Source: an uncultured Bifidobacterium sp.
GTDB lineage: Bacteria > Acidobacteriota > Vicinamibacteria > Vicinamibacterales > CAVVIG01
Assembly (NCBI GenBank): GCA_964386715.1
Contig: CAYLTD010000019.1
Span: 7,075-71,074 of the forward strand
Direction of reading: 5' to 3'
DNA: 64,000 bases
Position numbers and translations under genes: made by a program. The notes under the pieces were generated by a model. That model did not search any database and was not told where the DNA came from. It worked only from the letters and a program-made list of their open reading frames with translations. Shown here in pieces: positions 10,828 through 21,239 of this stretch; position 1 is the first letter of the stretch; each line of letters begins with the position of its first letter.

Positions 10828-13800
10828 CAGAACGCGTGCCTCACGCGGAGGTCGATGGCGTAGGTGGAGTCCTCGTTCCTTGACAGGATCCAGGAGAGCC
10901 GATCGCTCTCGTCGTACTCCAGCAGCAGGATTTGATCGTTGAGCGAGCTGCTGAGGCTGCGGGAGAACGTCAGGTAGACGCGGTCCGAAATCCGTTTGCC
11001 GATCGTCACGCGCGCCGACGGGTTCACGCGGCTCGTCGCCTGGTTGTAGGGGTCGATCAGCGACGGCGACACCTGGAAGGTGTCCACGCCGAAGGTCTGC
11101 TCGACGACGCGCCCCACCTCCGATGACAGCGGCGTCGCCAGCAGGGCCGTCGCTCTGGTCGTCAGGATGTCCTGCTGGCGCTGGTTGGGATTCTGCAGCG
11201 CGCGCAGTTCCACGTCTCCGGGTCCCTGGGCCGACCGGCGCACGTCGCTGAAGAGGAGTGCGAGCACGTCCGCGGCCGGGAGGGGCGGGTCCGAGCTGAG
11301 CTCGGGCTGCAGCCGGTCCACCGTCCCCACGGCTCGCACGATCACCTGGTAGGTCTGTCCCGGGATGCGCACGCGCGTGCGGGCCTCGACGTCGAAGAAC
11401 GGCTCGATACGCGTCGGGTTGGTGAAGTCGATGTTGCCACGCGTCACCAGGTATCGGCGGCCCTCGAAGGTCACCTCTCCCCGGTCGACCTCGGCGCGGC
11501 CGAACAGGACCGGGCGATCGTAGGTGCCGCGCAGCTGGAGGTCCGCACTGGCGACCAGACGCGCCAGGTTGTTCTCGACGCGCAGCGTGGATGGCACGAT
11601 GACCTCGAGGTCGAAGCGCAGTGGGACCGCCGTGGCCGCGGGCGTCGGCGCCGTTTCGGGACCAGTGCGCCCCGAGCCGAAGTCGAGGATGCCGCCGCTC
11701 GGATCGATGCGACGCGTCCAGGTTGCCTGCTTCACGCGCACGACACCGCCGAGGGTGGGAGCCTGCACGCTGCCACGCACCGACAGCTCGGCGTCCACGG
11801 TCGACCGGATCCCCTCGGGATAACGCAGGTGCATGTCCTCGCCGCGTACGGTGACGTTCAGGTCGCCTGGGGCGTATCCATCGAGGCCGATCCGCCCGCC
11901 GAACTGGATGCGCCCTCCCCCCATCGCCGCCGTCACGTCGTCGAGGCGGACGCCGCGCGAGTCGAACCGGATGGTGCCGTTGATGGCGTCGAGGGCGTTC
12001 GGGAGCGAGAAGTGCCGTACGCGGCCGTCGGTGATGACGGCGCTGCCCGTGATCACCGGTTCGTACAACGGGCCGTCGAGGGCGGCGGTCAGCGTGGCGC
12101 GGCCAGCGCCCCGTACGTCGCGCATGAAGCCCTGGAGGATGCCAAGGTTGGCGTCGCCGTTGGCCCTCAGCGCGATGCGCTCATCGCCGAGCGAGACCGA
12201 GCCGGCGATCGAGAGCTGCGTCTGGTCGCCGACCAGCTGGAGGTCCTCGACGCGAACGACGCGCCGGTCCATGGTCAGCCGGATCGGGCGCGGAATCCGG
12301 ATGTTGTAATCGAACAACGCCATCTCGAGGCGATCCACCGTGCCCGCCACGCGCAGCCGATCGATGTCGGCCAGGGGGCCCGAGATGCGCAGCGTGCCGC
12401 TGGCAACCGCGGTCGTATACGGCGAGAGCTTCGGCTGGAACAGGCGCACGTACGGGTCGAGCGGGCTGTCGTGGAAGCGGAACGTCAGGTCGGCGTCGGA
12501 TCCGGCGGCGAGCGAAATCCGTCCGGTCGCCGTCAGCGCGAGTTTCTCCGACGAGGCTTCGAGCTCGCCGTTGACCTGCTCGCCCCGCAGCGCGAGCGTG
12601 CCCGTGACGAGCCCCACGGGTTCCTGGGCCAGGTGAAAGTCGTTGATCCGGAACCTGACGTCGTATCGCGGCTCGTCGAACGTGCTGCTACCCGCCGCCG
12701 AGAACTCGATGACGCCGGACGGCTGGATCGTCGGATACGCAAAGAGGCTCACGCGCTCGGCCGGCAGCCGCCGGCCGTCTACCGCGAAGGAGTACGTGCC
12801 GTCCCACCCGACGTACGCTGCGCCGGTGACAGTCCCGCTGTCCTTCGCCATATTGAGCGCGTCGAGCCTGACACCGGTTCCATCGAAGCGCAGGTTCGCG
12901 GTGGCGCGCTGGAACGGCTCGTCGTACGCCACGCCGTCCTCGATGGTCATCGCGCCGTACCCTATTGGCGTCTCGTACGCGCCGGTGAGGTGGAACTCGC
13001 CGCTCAGCCGCCCGCTGACCGGCCAGTCGTCCAGCTCGAACGCGTGGCGCAGGCTGTCCAGATCGCGGCCGTTCACCCGGATGCGCGCGTTGATCTCCTC
13101 GCCGCCGTCCCTGCGGGGATAGCCCAGGGAATAGAGCCCCTCGGCCCTGATCTCGGATTCCCGGTGGCGGATGCGGCCGTCGGTGACAGCCACGTAACCG
13201 TTCTCGACGACGATATGCGCCGACCCGTCGCCCCAGAGGGTGTCCCACGCGCGCATGTCCTCGCCACGGAACTCGCCCTCGACGCGCGGGCGGCGGAACG
13301 TGCCCGTCATCCCTCCGTCGAACTCCCCGCGGCCGCCGAATGCCACCGGACCGGTCTTCGAACCGAAGTCGGTGAGGATGCCCGCCAGCACCTGGTCGCT
13401 CTCCTGCCAGTCGCCGCTGGTGACGTGGAAGTCGAAGTCGGACTCGTCGCCCCACGCGGAGCGCCCGTCGAAGGAGACGAAGGTACGCGGCGTCGCGAAC
13501 TCGCCGCCGCGCACCTCGACCGTGTCCGGCCCATAGCGGTAGGTCACGCGCGCGGCGATCGGCAGGTGCGCCGGCAGCGGCAGCGGGGCGAATGGCCCCC
13601 ACTCGTGGAGTGCATGGTCGCGGTCGGCTGCACGCAGGGCGTCGAGCGACGGCGTCATCACCGTCTGCCCGGCTGGCGGCTCGACCGTGAGGGAACCATC
13701 GCCCCGGTGTTCGCGGAAGCGGCCCATCGGCCACTCGAGCAGGTTCCGGCCCGACGCACGTCCGCCGAACCGCACGCCCGGCAGCTGGTAGAAGTCGCTC

Positions 13801-14918
13801 AGCTGCGCCACGTCGATGCCGGCGTACGACGCCTCGAACCGCCCGATGGGTTTGGTGGGCGCACCGAGCGGCGCAATTCCGAACGTGAAGCGTGCGTCTC
13901 CTCCGAGGAACTTCGAACCGGCGTTGCGCACCTCGAAGCCGGAGCGCGTCCAGGTCAGCGAGCCGAACAGCTCGGGGAAGCGGTAATCGTAAAGGCCTGC
14001 CACCCTTGACGTGAAGTCTCCCGAGAGTTCGTGCCCGCCCTTGAACAGGTGAAAGCGTCCCGAGAAGTCGCCCTCGCCGCTGAGCGCCCACTTCTCGTCC
14101 TTGAAGAACAGCTCCCGCATGCGCTGGAACTGCACGCGCGACTTCACGTCGTAGGCCATCTCGGGCCAGTTCCCCATGTCGAGGTCGCCGACCGCGCTGC
14201 TGACAGCGCCTTCGGTGCGCATCTCGATGCGGTCCATGTGGAGCTTCGAACCGTCGATGAAGAAGTGCGCGTCGAAGTCCGCCCACATCGGGACGTAGTT
14301 CTGGATGGACACGAGCCCGCCCCGGAACGACGCGTCGCCGTTGTAGCCGCGGCTGTTCGTTACGACGATGTCGATGTTCGGCGCCAGGATGCCCCAGGGC
14401 GTCTCGTGATCCTCGTAGGCGAACTGGCCACGCAGCGCGTGCACGTACTTGAGCGTGGTGACGAACCGGCGGGGCCCTGGCGGGCGGGTGCTCGTGCTGC
14501 GACGAAGCCGGAGGAAGCTGTCCGAGCCCTTCCACTTCTCGACCAGCATGTTCCAGTCGGCCAGTTCGACCGACGTGATCACGATTTCGGGACGCCGCTG
14601 GACCAGGCGGCTCCAGTCGAGCGACACCGACAGCAGGCGTGCCTCGAAGAAGGGGCGGTCGCCCGGGTTGAGACCGTCGATGCGGAAGTTCTCCACTTCT
14701 ACACGGCCGCGGGCCACCCGGATCATGAGCCGCCCGATGTGCAGGGGACGCTGGATCTGCTTCGAGCCTTCGCGCTCGGCGAGGCCGCGGAGGCGTGGCC
14801 CGAGATCGATTCGCAAAGTGACGAGGACGGCCACGACGAGGATCGCCAGCATCGTCACGAAGCCAATGGCCACGTAGCGGAAGAAGCGCCGGCGGAAGAA
14901 GCGGAGGATGGCGACCAC
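10827..14918 (-). CDS. tamB: Translocation and assembly module protein TamB (AsmA/DUF490 family)
   Basis: 1363 aa. There is an N-terminal TM anchor (FRYVAIGFVTMLAILVVAVLVTL), a very long beta-rich body, and a C-terminal DUF490-like end (...LLEYDESDRLSWILSRNEDSTYAIDLRVRHAF). Its stop overlaps the bamA start (TGATG). Confidence 0.88.
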   Translation of the reverse strand: MVAILRFFRRRFFRYVAIGFVTMLAILVVAVLVTLRIDLGPRLRGLAEREGSKQIQRPLHIGRLMIRVARGRVEVENFRIDGLNPGDRPFFEARLLSVSLDWSRLVQRRPEIVITSVELADWNMLVEKWKGSDSFLRLRRSTSTRPPGPRRFVTTLKYVHALRGQFAYEDHETPWGILAPNIDIVVTNSRGYNGDASFRGGLVSIQNYVPMWADFDAHFFIDGSKLHMDRIEMRTEGAVSSAVGDLDMGNWPEMAYDVKSRVQFQRMRELFFKDEKWALSGEGDFSGRFHLFKGGHELSGDFTSRVAGLYDYRFPELFGSLTWTRSGFEVRNAGSKFLGGDARFTFGIAPLGAPTKPIGRFEASYAGIDVAQLSDFYQLPGVRFGGRASGRNLLEWPMGRFREHRGDGSLTVEPPAGQTVMTPSLDALRAADRDHALHEWGPFAPLPLPAHLPIAARVTYRYGPDTVEVRGGEFATPRTFVSFDGRSAWGDESDFDFHVTSGDWQESDQVLAGILTDFGSKTGPVAFGGRGEFDGGMTGTFRRPRVEGEFRGEDMRAWDTLWGDGSAHIVVENGYVAVTDGRIRHRESEIRAEGLYSLGYPRRDGGEEINARIRVNGRDLDSLRHAFELDDWPVSGRLSGEFHLTGAYETPIGYGAMTIEDGVAYDEPFQRATANLRFDGTGVRLDALNMAKDSGTVTGAAYVGWDGTYSFAVDGRRLPAERVSLFAYPTIQPSGVIEFSAAGSSTFDEPRYDVRFRINDFHLAQEPVGLVTGTLALRGEQVNGELEASSEKLALTATGRISLAAGSDADLTFRFHDSPLDPYVRLFQPKLSPYTTAVASGTLRISGPLADIDRLRVAGTVDRLEMALFDYNIRIPRPIRLTMDRRVVRVEDLQLVGDQTQLSIAGSVSLGDERIALRANGDANLGILQGFMRDVRGAGRATLTAALDGPLYEPVITGSAVITDGRVRHFSLPNALDAINGTIRFDSRGVRLDDVTAAMGGGRIQFGGRIGLDGYAPGDLNVTVRGEDMHLRYPEGIRSTVDAELSVRGSVQAPTLGGVVRVKQATWTRRIDPSGGILDFGSGRTGPETAPTPAATAVPLRFDLEVIVPSTLRVENNLARLVASADLQLRGTYDRPVLFGRAEVDRGEVTFEGRRYLVTRGNIDFTNPTRIEPFFDVEARTRVRIPGQTYQVIVRAVGTVDRLQPELSSDPPLPAADVLALLFSDVRRSAQGPGDVELRALQNPNQRQQDILTTRATALLATPLSSEVGRVVEQTFGVDTFQVSPSLIDPYNQATSRVNPSARVTIGKRISDRVYLTFSRSLSSSLNDQILLLEYDESDRLSWILSRNEDSTYAIDLRVRHAF

Positions 14919-14922
14919 GTGC

Positions 14923-15450
14923 TTACGAGGCGGACACGATGGCCAGCAGCGCGCCGGCCTCCACGGACTGCCCCTCCTTCACGAGCACCTCGGTCACGAC
15001 ACCGTCGCGGCTCGCGCGGAGCTCGTTCTCCATCTTCATCGCCTCCACGACGACGACCGACTGGCGGGGCTGGACCGGGTCTCCGGGCCGTGCCAGCACC
15101 CGCACAATCTTTCCGGGCATCGGCGCCACGATGCGCTGCGGCCCCGTGCCTCCGGCGAGCCCATCCGACTTGCTGCCCCACTTCCGGCGCGTCTGAAGCG
15201 CCGCCGGCACGGGAAGCGAGCCGATCCCGACCACGACACCACCGGCCACCGCGTCGACGGCGAGCGACACCTCCCGGCTGGCCACAGCCCCGCCGTTCCC
15301 GTTGCTCATCAGGAGCGAGAGCACGTGCCTCCCGACCCGCGCCGCGTCGACGACCCACTCGCGCCCGTCGACGGCGCAGACGAACAGACCGTCACGCCGT
15401 GTGACGACCACCTGCCGAAGCCGCCCGTTGACCTGGACGTCGTACTGCAT
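14923..15450 (-). CDS. Biotin carboxyl carrier protein (biotinyl domain) of acyl-CoA carboxylase
   Basis: From ATG 15450 the product starts MQYDVQVNG.... The C-terminus GKIVRVLARPGDPVQPRQSVVVVEAMKMENEL contains the biotinyl-lysine AMKM motif. The start lies 1 nt after the accC stop. Confidence 0.85.
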   Translation of the reverse strand: MQYDVQVNGRLRQVVVTRRDGLFVCAVDGREWVVDAARVGRHVLSLLMSNGNGGAVASREVSLAVDAVAGGVVVGIGSLPVPAALQTRRKWGSKSDGLAGGTGPQRIVAPMPGKIVRVLARPGDPVQPRQSVVVVEAMKMENELRASRDGVVTEVLVKEGQSVEAGALLAIVSAS

Positions 15451-15451
15451 G

Positions 15452-17002
15452 TCAGCGCAGCCCTTCGGTTCGGGCGCGCATCTTCCACCGCGCAGGTGAT
15501 GCGAAGGGCGCGGCAGTCGGCGACGCCGTCCCCGCCTGCCCGGCCTGCACGGACGAGGCCGCACGCGGGTCCAATGCCGCGTGGAGCGCCGCGGTGACGG
15601 CGGCGAGTTCCTCGCTCTCGGCATCCGGCTCGACGAACGGCCGCCCGTTTCGCTGCCGCAGGATCTCGTCGAGATACGTCGTGTGGAATGCGCCGTCGAG
15701 GAACGCCGGCTGCGTCAGCAGCCACGAGAAGAACGGCAGCGTCGTCCGGATGCCGGCGACGACGTATTCCCCCAGCGCCCGGCGCATGCGTGCGATGGCG
15801 GCCGGGCGATCCTCGGCCCATGCCACGAGCTTCGAGATCATCGGATCGTAGAAGATGGGCACGTCGAGCCCCTCGGTCGCACCACTGTCGTCCCGGATGC
15901 CAGGGCCGGACGGCGCACGCAGATGCTGGATGCGACCGGGCGAGGGCAGGAAGTTGTTGTCGGGATCCTCGGCGTAGATCCGGCACTCGATGGCGTGCCC
16001 CTGCGGCACGAGCACCCGTGCGGGATCGAGGTCGAGCCGCTCGCCCCGCGCGATCCGGATCTGCCAGCGCACCAGGTCGACCCCGGTCACCATCTCGGTG
16101 ATGGGATGCTCGACCTGCAGGCGCGTATTCATCTCGAGGAAATAGAACGCACCGGCGTCGTCGAGCAGGAACTCCATCGTGCCGGCATTGGTATATCCGA
16201 CGGAGCGGGCGACGGCGGCCGCGGCGCTGGTGATCCGCTCGCGCAACGCAGGCGAAACCGCGAGCGACGGCGTCTCTTCCACCACCTTCTGGTGCCGGCG
16301 CTGGATGGAGCACTCGCGCTCCACGAACGGCACGACGACGCCATGGTGGTCGCCGAGCAGTTGCACCTCGATGTGCCGGGGACGGAGCAGTCGACGCTCG
16401 AGGAACACGGCCGGGTCGCCGAACGCCGCGCCCGCCTCGGAGCGCGCCGCCCGCACCGCGCCGGGCAACTCCGCCGGGTCCGCCACCGTCCGCATGCCCT
16501 TGCCCCCGCCGCCGGCGACGGCCTTCACCAGCAGGGGATATCCGATGCCGTCCGCGATCCGGGCGATCTCCGCATCTGAGACGTCCGACGCCAGCGGGTC
16601 CGCCGTGCCGGGTACGACGGGTACGCCAGCCCGAACCGCAGCCTCCCGTGCTGCAGTCTTGCTGCCCATCAGCGCGATGGCCTCAGGCGTCGGGCCGATG
16701 AAGGTGAGCCCGGCGGCGCGGACGGCCGCCGCGAAGTCCTCGTTCTCGGCGAGGAACCCGTAGCCAGGGTGGACGCCATCGGCGCCCGAACGGCGCGCCG
16801 CGTCGACGATGGCGTCGATGCGGAGGTAACTGTCGCGCGGGGCGCTAGGCCCGATCGGATAGGCCTCGTCGGCATAGCGCACGTGCAGCGCGCTGCGGTC
16901 GCACTCCGAATAGACCGCGACCGGGGAGATCTCCATCTCCCGGCACGCACGGATGACACGCACCGCGATCTCGCCGCGGTTGGCGATGAGGATCTTCTTC
17001 AC
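15452..17002 (-). CDS. accC: Biotin carboxylase subunit
   Basis: MKKILIANRGEIAVRVIRACREMEI...HPGYGFLAENEDFA...GGGGKGMR...EMNTRLQVEHPITE. This is a classic ATP-grasp biotin carboxylase. Confidence 0.95.
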   Translation of the reverse strand: MKKILIANRGEIAVRVIRACREMEISPVAVYSECDRSALHVRYADEAYPIGPSAPRDSYLRIDAIVDAARRSGADGVHPGYGFLAENEDFAAAVRAAGLTFIGPTPEAIALMGSKTAAREAAVRAGVPVVPGTADPLASDVSDAEIARIADGIGYPLLVKAVAGGGGKGMRTVADPAELPGAVRAARSEAGAAFGDPAVFLERRLLRPRHIEVQLLGDHHGVVVPFVERECSIQRRHQKVVEETPSLAVSPALRERITSAAAAVARSVGYTNAGTMEFLLDDAGAFYFLEMNTRLQVEHPITEMVTGVDLVRWQIRIARGERLDLDPARVLVPQGHAIECRIYAEDPDNNFLPSPGRIQHLRAPSGPGIRDDSGATEGLDVPIFYDPMISKLVAWAEDRPAAIARMRRALGEYVVAGIRTTLPFFSWLLTQPAFLDGAFHTTYLDEILRQRNGRPFVEPDAESEELAAVTAALHAALDPRAASSVQAGQAGTASPTAAPFASPARWKMRARTEGLR

Positions 17003-17074
17003 TCGACGGGTATCGATTGCGACCGCTAACTATTCTAGCACCGGGACTTAGGTCGGAGTGCCGGATGCCGCGCC

Positions 17075-18616
17075 TCAGAGCGGGATATTGCCGTGCTTTT
17101 TCGGAGGATTGCGATCCCGCTTGTTCTCCAGGCTGCGGAGCGCGGCGATCACCTTGCGGCGGGTGTGCCGCGGCCGGATCACCTCGTCGATGAATCCGTG
17201 CGCGGCCGCGACGTACGGATGGGCGAACTTCTGCCGGAACTCGGACACCTTCTCGGCGCGCGCGGCGATGGCGTCCGCCGCAGCCTCGAGTTCCCGCTTG
17301 TAGAGGATGTTCACGGCGCCGTCCGGTCCCATCACGGCGAGTTCGGCGGTGGGCCAGGCGAAGTTCAGGTCCGTCCGAATGTGCTTGCTGGCCATGACGC
17401 AGTAGGCGCCGCCGTAGGCCTTGCGGGTGATGACGGTCACCTTTGGCACCGTGGCCTCGGCGAACGCGTACAACAGCTTCGCCCCGTGACGGATGATCCC
17501 CCCGTACTCCTGCACGGTACCGGGGAGGAACCCGGGCACGTCCTCGAAGGTGACGAGCGGGATGTTGAACGCGTCGCAGAAGCGGACGAAGCGGGCGCCC
17601 TTCACCGACGCATCGATGTCGAGCGTCCCGGCGAGCACTGCGGGCTGATTGGCGACGATGCCCACCGACCGGCCGTCGATCCGGGCAAAGCCCACGACGA
17701 TGTTCCTGGCGTAGTGCTGGTGCACCTCGAGGAAATAGCCGTCATCGGCGACCGCGTGGATGACATCGAGCATGTCGTAGGGTTGGTTCGGCGATGGGGG
17801 CACGATCGTATCGAGCGCCGGCACGTCCGCGTCCGGGTGCTCGGCGGGCGCCAGCCGAGGGGCATCGTCGACATTGTTCGACGGCAGGAAGGAGAGCAGC
17901 TCGCGGATGAGCGCCAGGCACTCGCGATCGTCGTCGACCGCAAAATGCGCGACGCCGCTCGTGGCGTTGTGCGTCATCGCGCCGCCGAGCTGTTCCTTCG
18001 TCACCTCCTCGTGCGTGACGGTCCGGATGACGTCAGGACCGGTCACGAACATGTAGCTCGTGTTCCGGACCATGGCCGTGAAGTCCGTGATGGCCGGTGA
18101 ATAGACCGCGCCACCCGCGCAGGGCCCCATGATCGCGGAGATCTGGGGCACGACCCCGGACGCGAGCGTGTTGCGGAGGAAGATGTCCGCGTATCCGCCG
18201 AGCGAGAGGACGCCTTCCTGGATACGCGCGCCCCCGGAGTCGTTGAGGCCGACGATCGGCGCCCCGAGCCTCATCGCGAGATCCATGATCTTGACGATCT
18301 TCGCGGCATTCGTCTCGGAGAGCGAGCCGCCGAAGACGGTGAAGTCCTGGGCGAACGCGAAGACCACACGGCCATCCACGAGACCGTGGCCGGCGACGAC
18401 GCCGTCACCCGGGACGAGCTGCAGCTCCATGCCGAAGTCGCGGCACCGGTGGGTCACGAGCTTGTCGACCTCCTCGAAGGTGCCGGGGTCGAACAGCAGC
18501 CCGATCCGCTCACGAGCGGTGAGCTTGCCCGACTCGTGCTGGCGTCGCAGCCGGTCCTCACCGCCGCCCAGTTCGGCTCGGCGCTCGAGATCGTCGAGAA
18601 CGGTCTTCGGGTCCAT
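17075..18616 (-). CDS. Acyl-CoA carboxylase carboxyltransferase (beta) subunit, PccB / methylmalonyl-CoA carboxyltransferase type
   Basis: [53 protein letters not shown], and the C-terminal PKKHGNIPL. Confidence 0.93.
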   Translation of the reverse strand: MDPKTVLDDLERRAELGGGEDRLRRQHESGKLTARERIGLLFDPGTFEEVDKLVTHRCRDFGMELQLVPGDGVVAGHGLVDGRVVFAFAQDFTVFGGSLSETNAAKIVKIMDLAMRLGAPIVGLNDSGGARIQEGVLSLGGYADIFLRNTLASGVVPQISAIMGPCAGGAVYSPAITDFTAMVRNTSYMFVTGPDVIRTVTHEEVTKEQLGGAMTHNATSGVAHFAVDDDRECLALIRELLSFLPSNNVDDAPRLAPAEHPDADVPALDTIVPPSPNQPYDMLDVIHAVADDGYFLEVHQHYARNIVVGFARIDGRSVGIVANQPAVLAGTLDIDASVKGARFVRFCDAFNIPLVTFEDVPGFLPGTVQEYGGIIRHGAKLLYAFAEATVPKVTVITRKAYGGAYCVMASKHIRTDLNFAWPTAELAVMGPDGAVNILYKRELEAAADAIAARAEKVSEFRQKFAHPYVAAAHGFIDEVIRPRHTRRKVIAALRSLENKRDRNPPKKHGNIPL

Positions 18617-18653
18617 CGGGTCGCGGCTCGCGTGGCTGTGTCGGGCGGAGCGC

Positions 18654-19307
18654 CTACTTGCGGCCGCCGTAGGCCTTCTCCCAGTCCTTGAGGAACCGTT
18701 CGAGGCCGATGTTGGTGAGCGGGTGGTTGAACAGCTGATCGATCACCGCCGGCGGGCAGGTGCAGATATCCGCTCCCATGCGCGCCGCGTCGACGATGTG
18801 AATGGGGTGCCGGCAGCTCGCGACGAGCACTTCGGTGGTGAATTCGTAGTTGTCGTAGATCTCGACGATCTCGCGGATCAGCTCCATCCCGTTGGCGCCG
18901 ACGTCGTCGAGGCGCCCGACGAACGGGCTGACGAAGGTGGCCCCGGCCTTCGCCGCGAGCAGCGCCTGGGCGGCTGAGAACACCAGCGTGACGTTCACCT
19001 TGATGCCCTCGTCCGCCAGGGTCTTGCAGGCGCGGATGCCGTCGCGCGTGAGCGGCAGCTTGACGACCATGTGCTCGTCGAGATCGGCGATGCTGTGGCC
19101 TTCCCGGATCATGCCGTCGAAGTCGGTGGCAATCACCTCCCCACTCACCGGCCCCTTCACGATCTCGCAGATCTTCTTGAGGTTCTCGCGGTAGTCACCC
19201 GGCTCCTTCGCGAGCAGGGAGGGGTTGGTGGTCACCCCGTCGAGGATGCCGATGGTGGCAAGGGTCTGGATGTCCTTGATGTTGCCGGTGTCGACGAACA
19301 GCTTCAT
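18654..19307 (-). CDS. tal: Transaldolase / fructose-6-phosphate aldolase (short type 3B)
   Basis: [13 protein letters not shown]...GVTTNPSL...VKLP.T..G..A...L...[31 protein letters not shown]. Confidence 0.93.
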   Translation of the reverse strand: MKLFVDTGNIKDIQTLATIGILDGVTTNPSLLAKEPGDYRENLKKICEIVKGPVSGEVIATDFDGMIREGHSIADLDEHMVVKLPLTRDGIRACKTLADEGIKVNVTLVFSAAQALLAAKAGATFVSPFVGRLDDVGANGMELIREIVEIYDNYEFTTEVLVASCRHPIHIVDAARMGADICTCPPAVIDQLFNHPLTNIGLERFLKDWEKAYGGRK

Positions 19308-19353
19308 GAAAACCTCTCAGTAGGGCCGGCTGTCCGGCTGGTCTCACCCGTCG

Positions 19354-20136
19354 TCAGTGCGCGCGTTCGGCTCTCACCGGGTTGCTGAGCTCACCGATGC
19401 CCTCGATGCGGACGCTGACCGTGTCGCCATCGACGATGGGACCAACCCCGGACGGTGTCCCGGTCGAGATGATGTCACCCGGCTCGAGCGTCATGACGAA
19501 GGTGATGTATTCGATCAGGTACTCGACAGGAAAAATCAGGTTACTGGTGCTCGAGTGCTGGCGGCGCTCGCCGTTGACGAACCCCTCGATTATGCGCGGG
19601 CCGCGGGATCCACCAATCTCGACGCAGGGTCCGAACGGCGCGAAGGTGTCGAATCCCTTTGCACGCGTGTACTGCACTTCCCGGTTCTGGATGTCGCGTG
19701 CCGTCACGTCGTTCAGGCACGTCAGCCCGAAGACGTGGTCCCATGCCTTCGCGGCCGGCACACGGTGCGCACGCCTGCCGATGACGAGCGCGAGTTCGGA
19801 TTCGTAGTGCACGGCACCAACGCCGGGCGGCAGCAGGATCGGCGCGCCCGGATCGAGGACCGTCGTCGACGGCTTCAGGAAGAGCATCGGTTCCGGCGGC
19901 AGCGGCTTCTTCATCTCCGCGGCATGATCGCGATAGTTGAGCCCGACGCACACGAGCTTGCCGGGTTGCGCGGGTGCCAGGATGGACAGGTTGTCGAGCC
20001 CACCCTCGAGAACCGGTCCCGTGGTGTAGCCGTCGTAGATGCTCCGGCCCGACGGAACCGCGCGCGACAGCAGGCCGTCCCGTTCCACCGCGTAGAAGGC
20101 GTCCCCGCCCTGTGACACTCGATACAGTCGCTCCAT
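19354..20136 (-). CDS. Fumarylacetoacetate hydrolase (FAH) family protein
   Basis: KLVCVGLNYRDHAAE, HYESELALVIG, NDVTARD.Q, and PGDIISTGTPSGVGPI. Confidence 0.9.
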   Translation of the reverse strand: MERLYRVSQGGDAFYAVERDGLLSRAVPSGRSIYDGYTTGPVLEGGLDNLSILAPAQPGKLVCVGLNYRDHAAEMKKPLPPEPMLFLKPSTTVLDPGAPILLPPGVGAVHYESELALVIGRRAHRVPAAKAWDHVFGLTCLNDVTARDIQNREVQYTRAKGFDTFAPFGPCVEIGGSRGPRIIEGFVNGERRQHSSTSNLIFPVEYLIEYITFVMTLEPGDIISTGTPSGVGPIVDGDTVSVRIEGIGELSNPVRAERAH

Positions 20137-20156
20137 GGATGCCTCGAATTCTACGT

Positions 20157-21239
20157 CTATCGCGCGGTCTCGACGACCCGCTCGGATGGCGTACTGCGGT
20201 TGCCGGCCTTGTCCACGGCGACGACGGCGTAGGTTACCGTGGCCCCCGCCGGGACGGTGTCGCGGAAATTCGACTCGGTGATCGGCTCAGGCGTGACCGG
20301 GGTCAGTTCGGTGGCAGGAGCGACGGCCCGCAGCACGACATACCCTCCCAGGTCCGCTTCCCGGCTGGCCGACCAGATCAGGCTGATGGCCCCTGCGGAA
20401 CTCACACCGACAAGGCCTTCCGGGCGGGCTGGAGGAAACGTGTCGCGCAGCGTGACACACTGCCGCGGCGACGGCGCGCTCTCGATGCGCGCGCCCTCGA
20501 CGACGGCGACGCTGCGCACCTCGTAACAGCGCTCGGCCCCCCACTCGATAGCCTTGTCCGTCGCCTCGGCCTGGGGAACGGGATCGGCCGTCAGTGCCGA
20601 CCCGTCGGGCCGATACACTCCGTACGCCAGGGCCGCTGTGCCTTCCGCGGGCGGTACCGGGTCCCAGGTAATCGTGATCGTGTCCTCGGTGTAGCTGAGC
20701 CTGGGCTCGGCCGGTGCGGGCGGGGGCGGCACGAGCGGCACCGCGATCCGATCGGACAGCGCACCACGACGGCCCCGATGGTTGATGCCGACCGCGACAT
20801 AGGCACGATAGCCGTCACCCCCGACGGCCTCGAGGGTGTCCCGCACCGACGCGACGGCGTCCTGGTCGACGGCGCCTTCGCGCCTGGGACGCTCCGCCTC
20901 GGGCTGGTCGTCGTCGGGCGGCTCGTTCACGGGCACTGCACCGACCCTGGTGCCTCGCCGCACCACGTCCTCGGCCACGACCGTGCCCGGCACGGTCCAC
21001 GCGTAGATTTCCACCCGGGCGATGTCAGCCGGAGCCGTGCGATCCGTGTTCGACGCGGGCACCTTGAACGAAAGGTCGACAGTGTCGCCGCGCCGCACTG
21101 CCCGTATTTCACCCGGCGCGACCGGCAATTGCACGAGCGGCGGGAGGGGCGGGCCCTTCTTGCCGCAGCCGGCGAGGGCGACTGCGGCGGCGAGCGCTGC
21201 CAGCACGCCGGGGCGCCACCCCATGCGCGAGCCGATCAC
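20157..21239 (-). CDS. Lipoprotein with fibronectin type III-like repeats
   Basis: Lipobox ...[12 protein letters not shown]. The FN3-like segments read ITITWDPVP...YGVYR and [20 protein letters not shown]. The start is either GTG 21239, which overlaps the hslU stop as GTGA, or ATG 21224. Confidence 0.6.
   Translation of the reverse strand: MIGSRMGWRPGVLAALAAAVALAGCGKKGPPLPPLVQLPVAPGEIRAVRRGDTVDLSFKVPASNTDRTAPADIARVEIYAWTVPGTVVAEDVVRRGTRVGAVPVNEPPDDDQPEAERPRREGAVDQDAVASVRDTLEAVGGDGYRAYVAVGINHRGRRGALSDRIAVPLVPPPPAPAEPRLSYTEDTITITWDPVPPAEGTAALAYGVYRPDGSALTADPVPQAEATDKAIEWGAERCYEVRSVAVVEGARIESAPSPRQCVTLRDTFPPARPEGLVGVSSAGAISLIWSASREADLGGYVVLRAVAPATELTPVTPEPITESNFRDTVPAGATVTYAVVAVDKAGNRSTPSERVVETAR

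Noticed and set aside
8893-14009. Long plus-strand ORFs (8893-10863, 11829-14009) and the minus-strand off-frame ORF 12688-14535 across bamA/tamB.
   Set aside because: They are antisense or off-frame to BamA and TamB. Their products are low-complexity R/G/A/P/D strings with no motifs.
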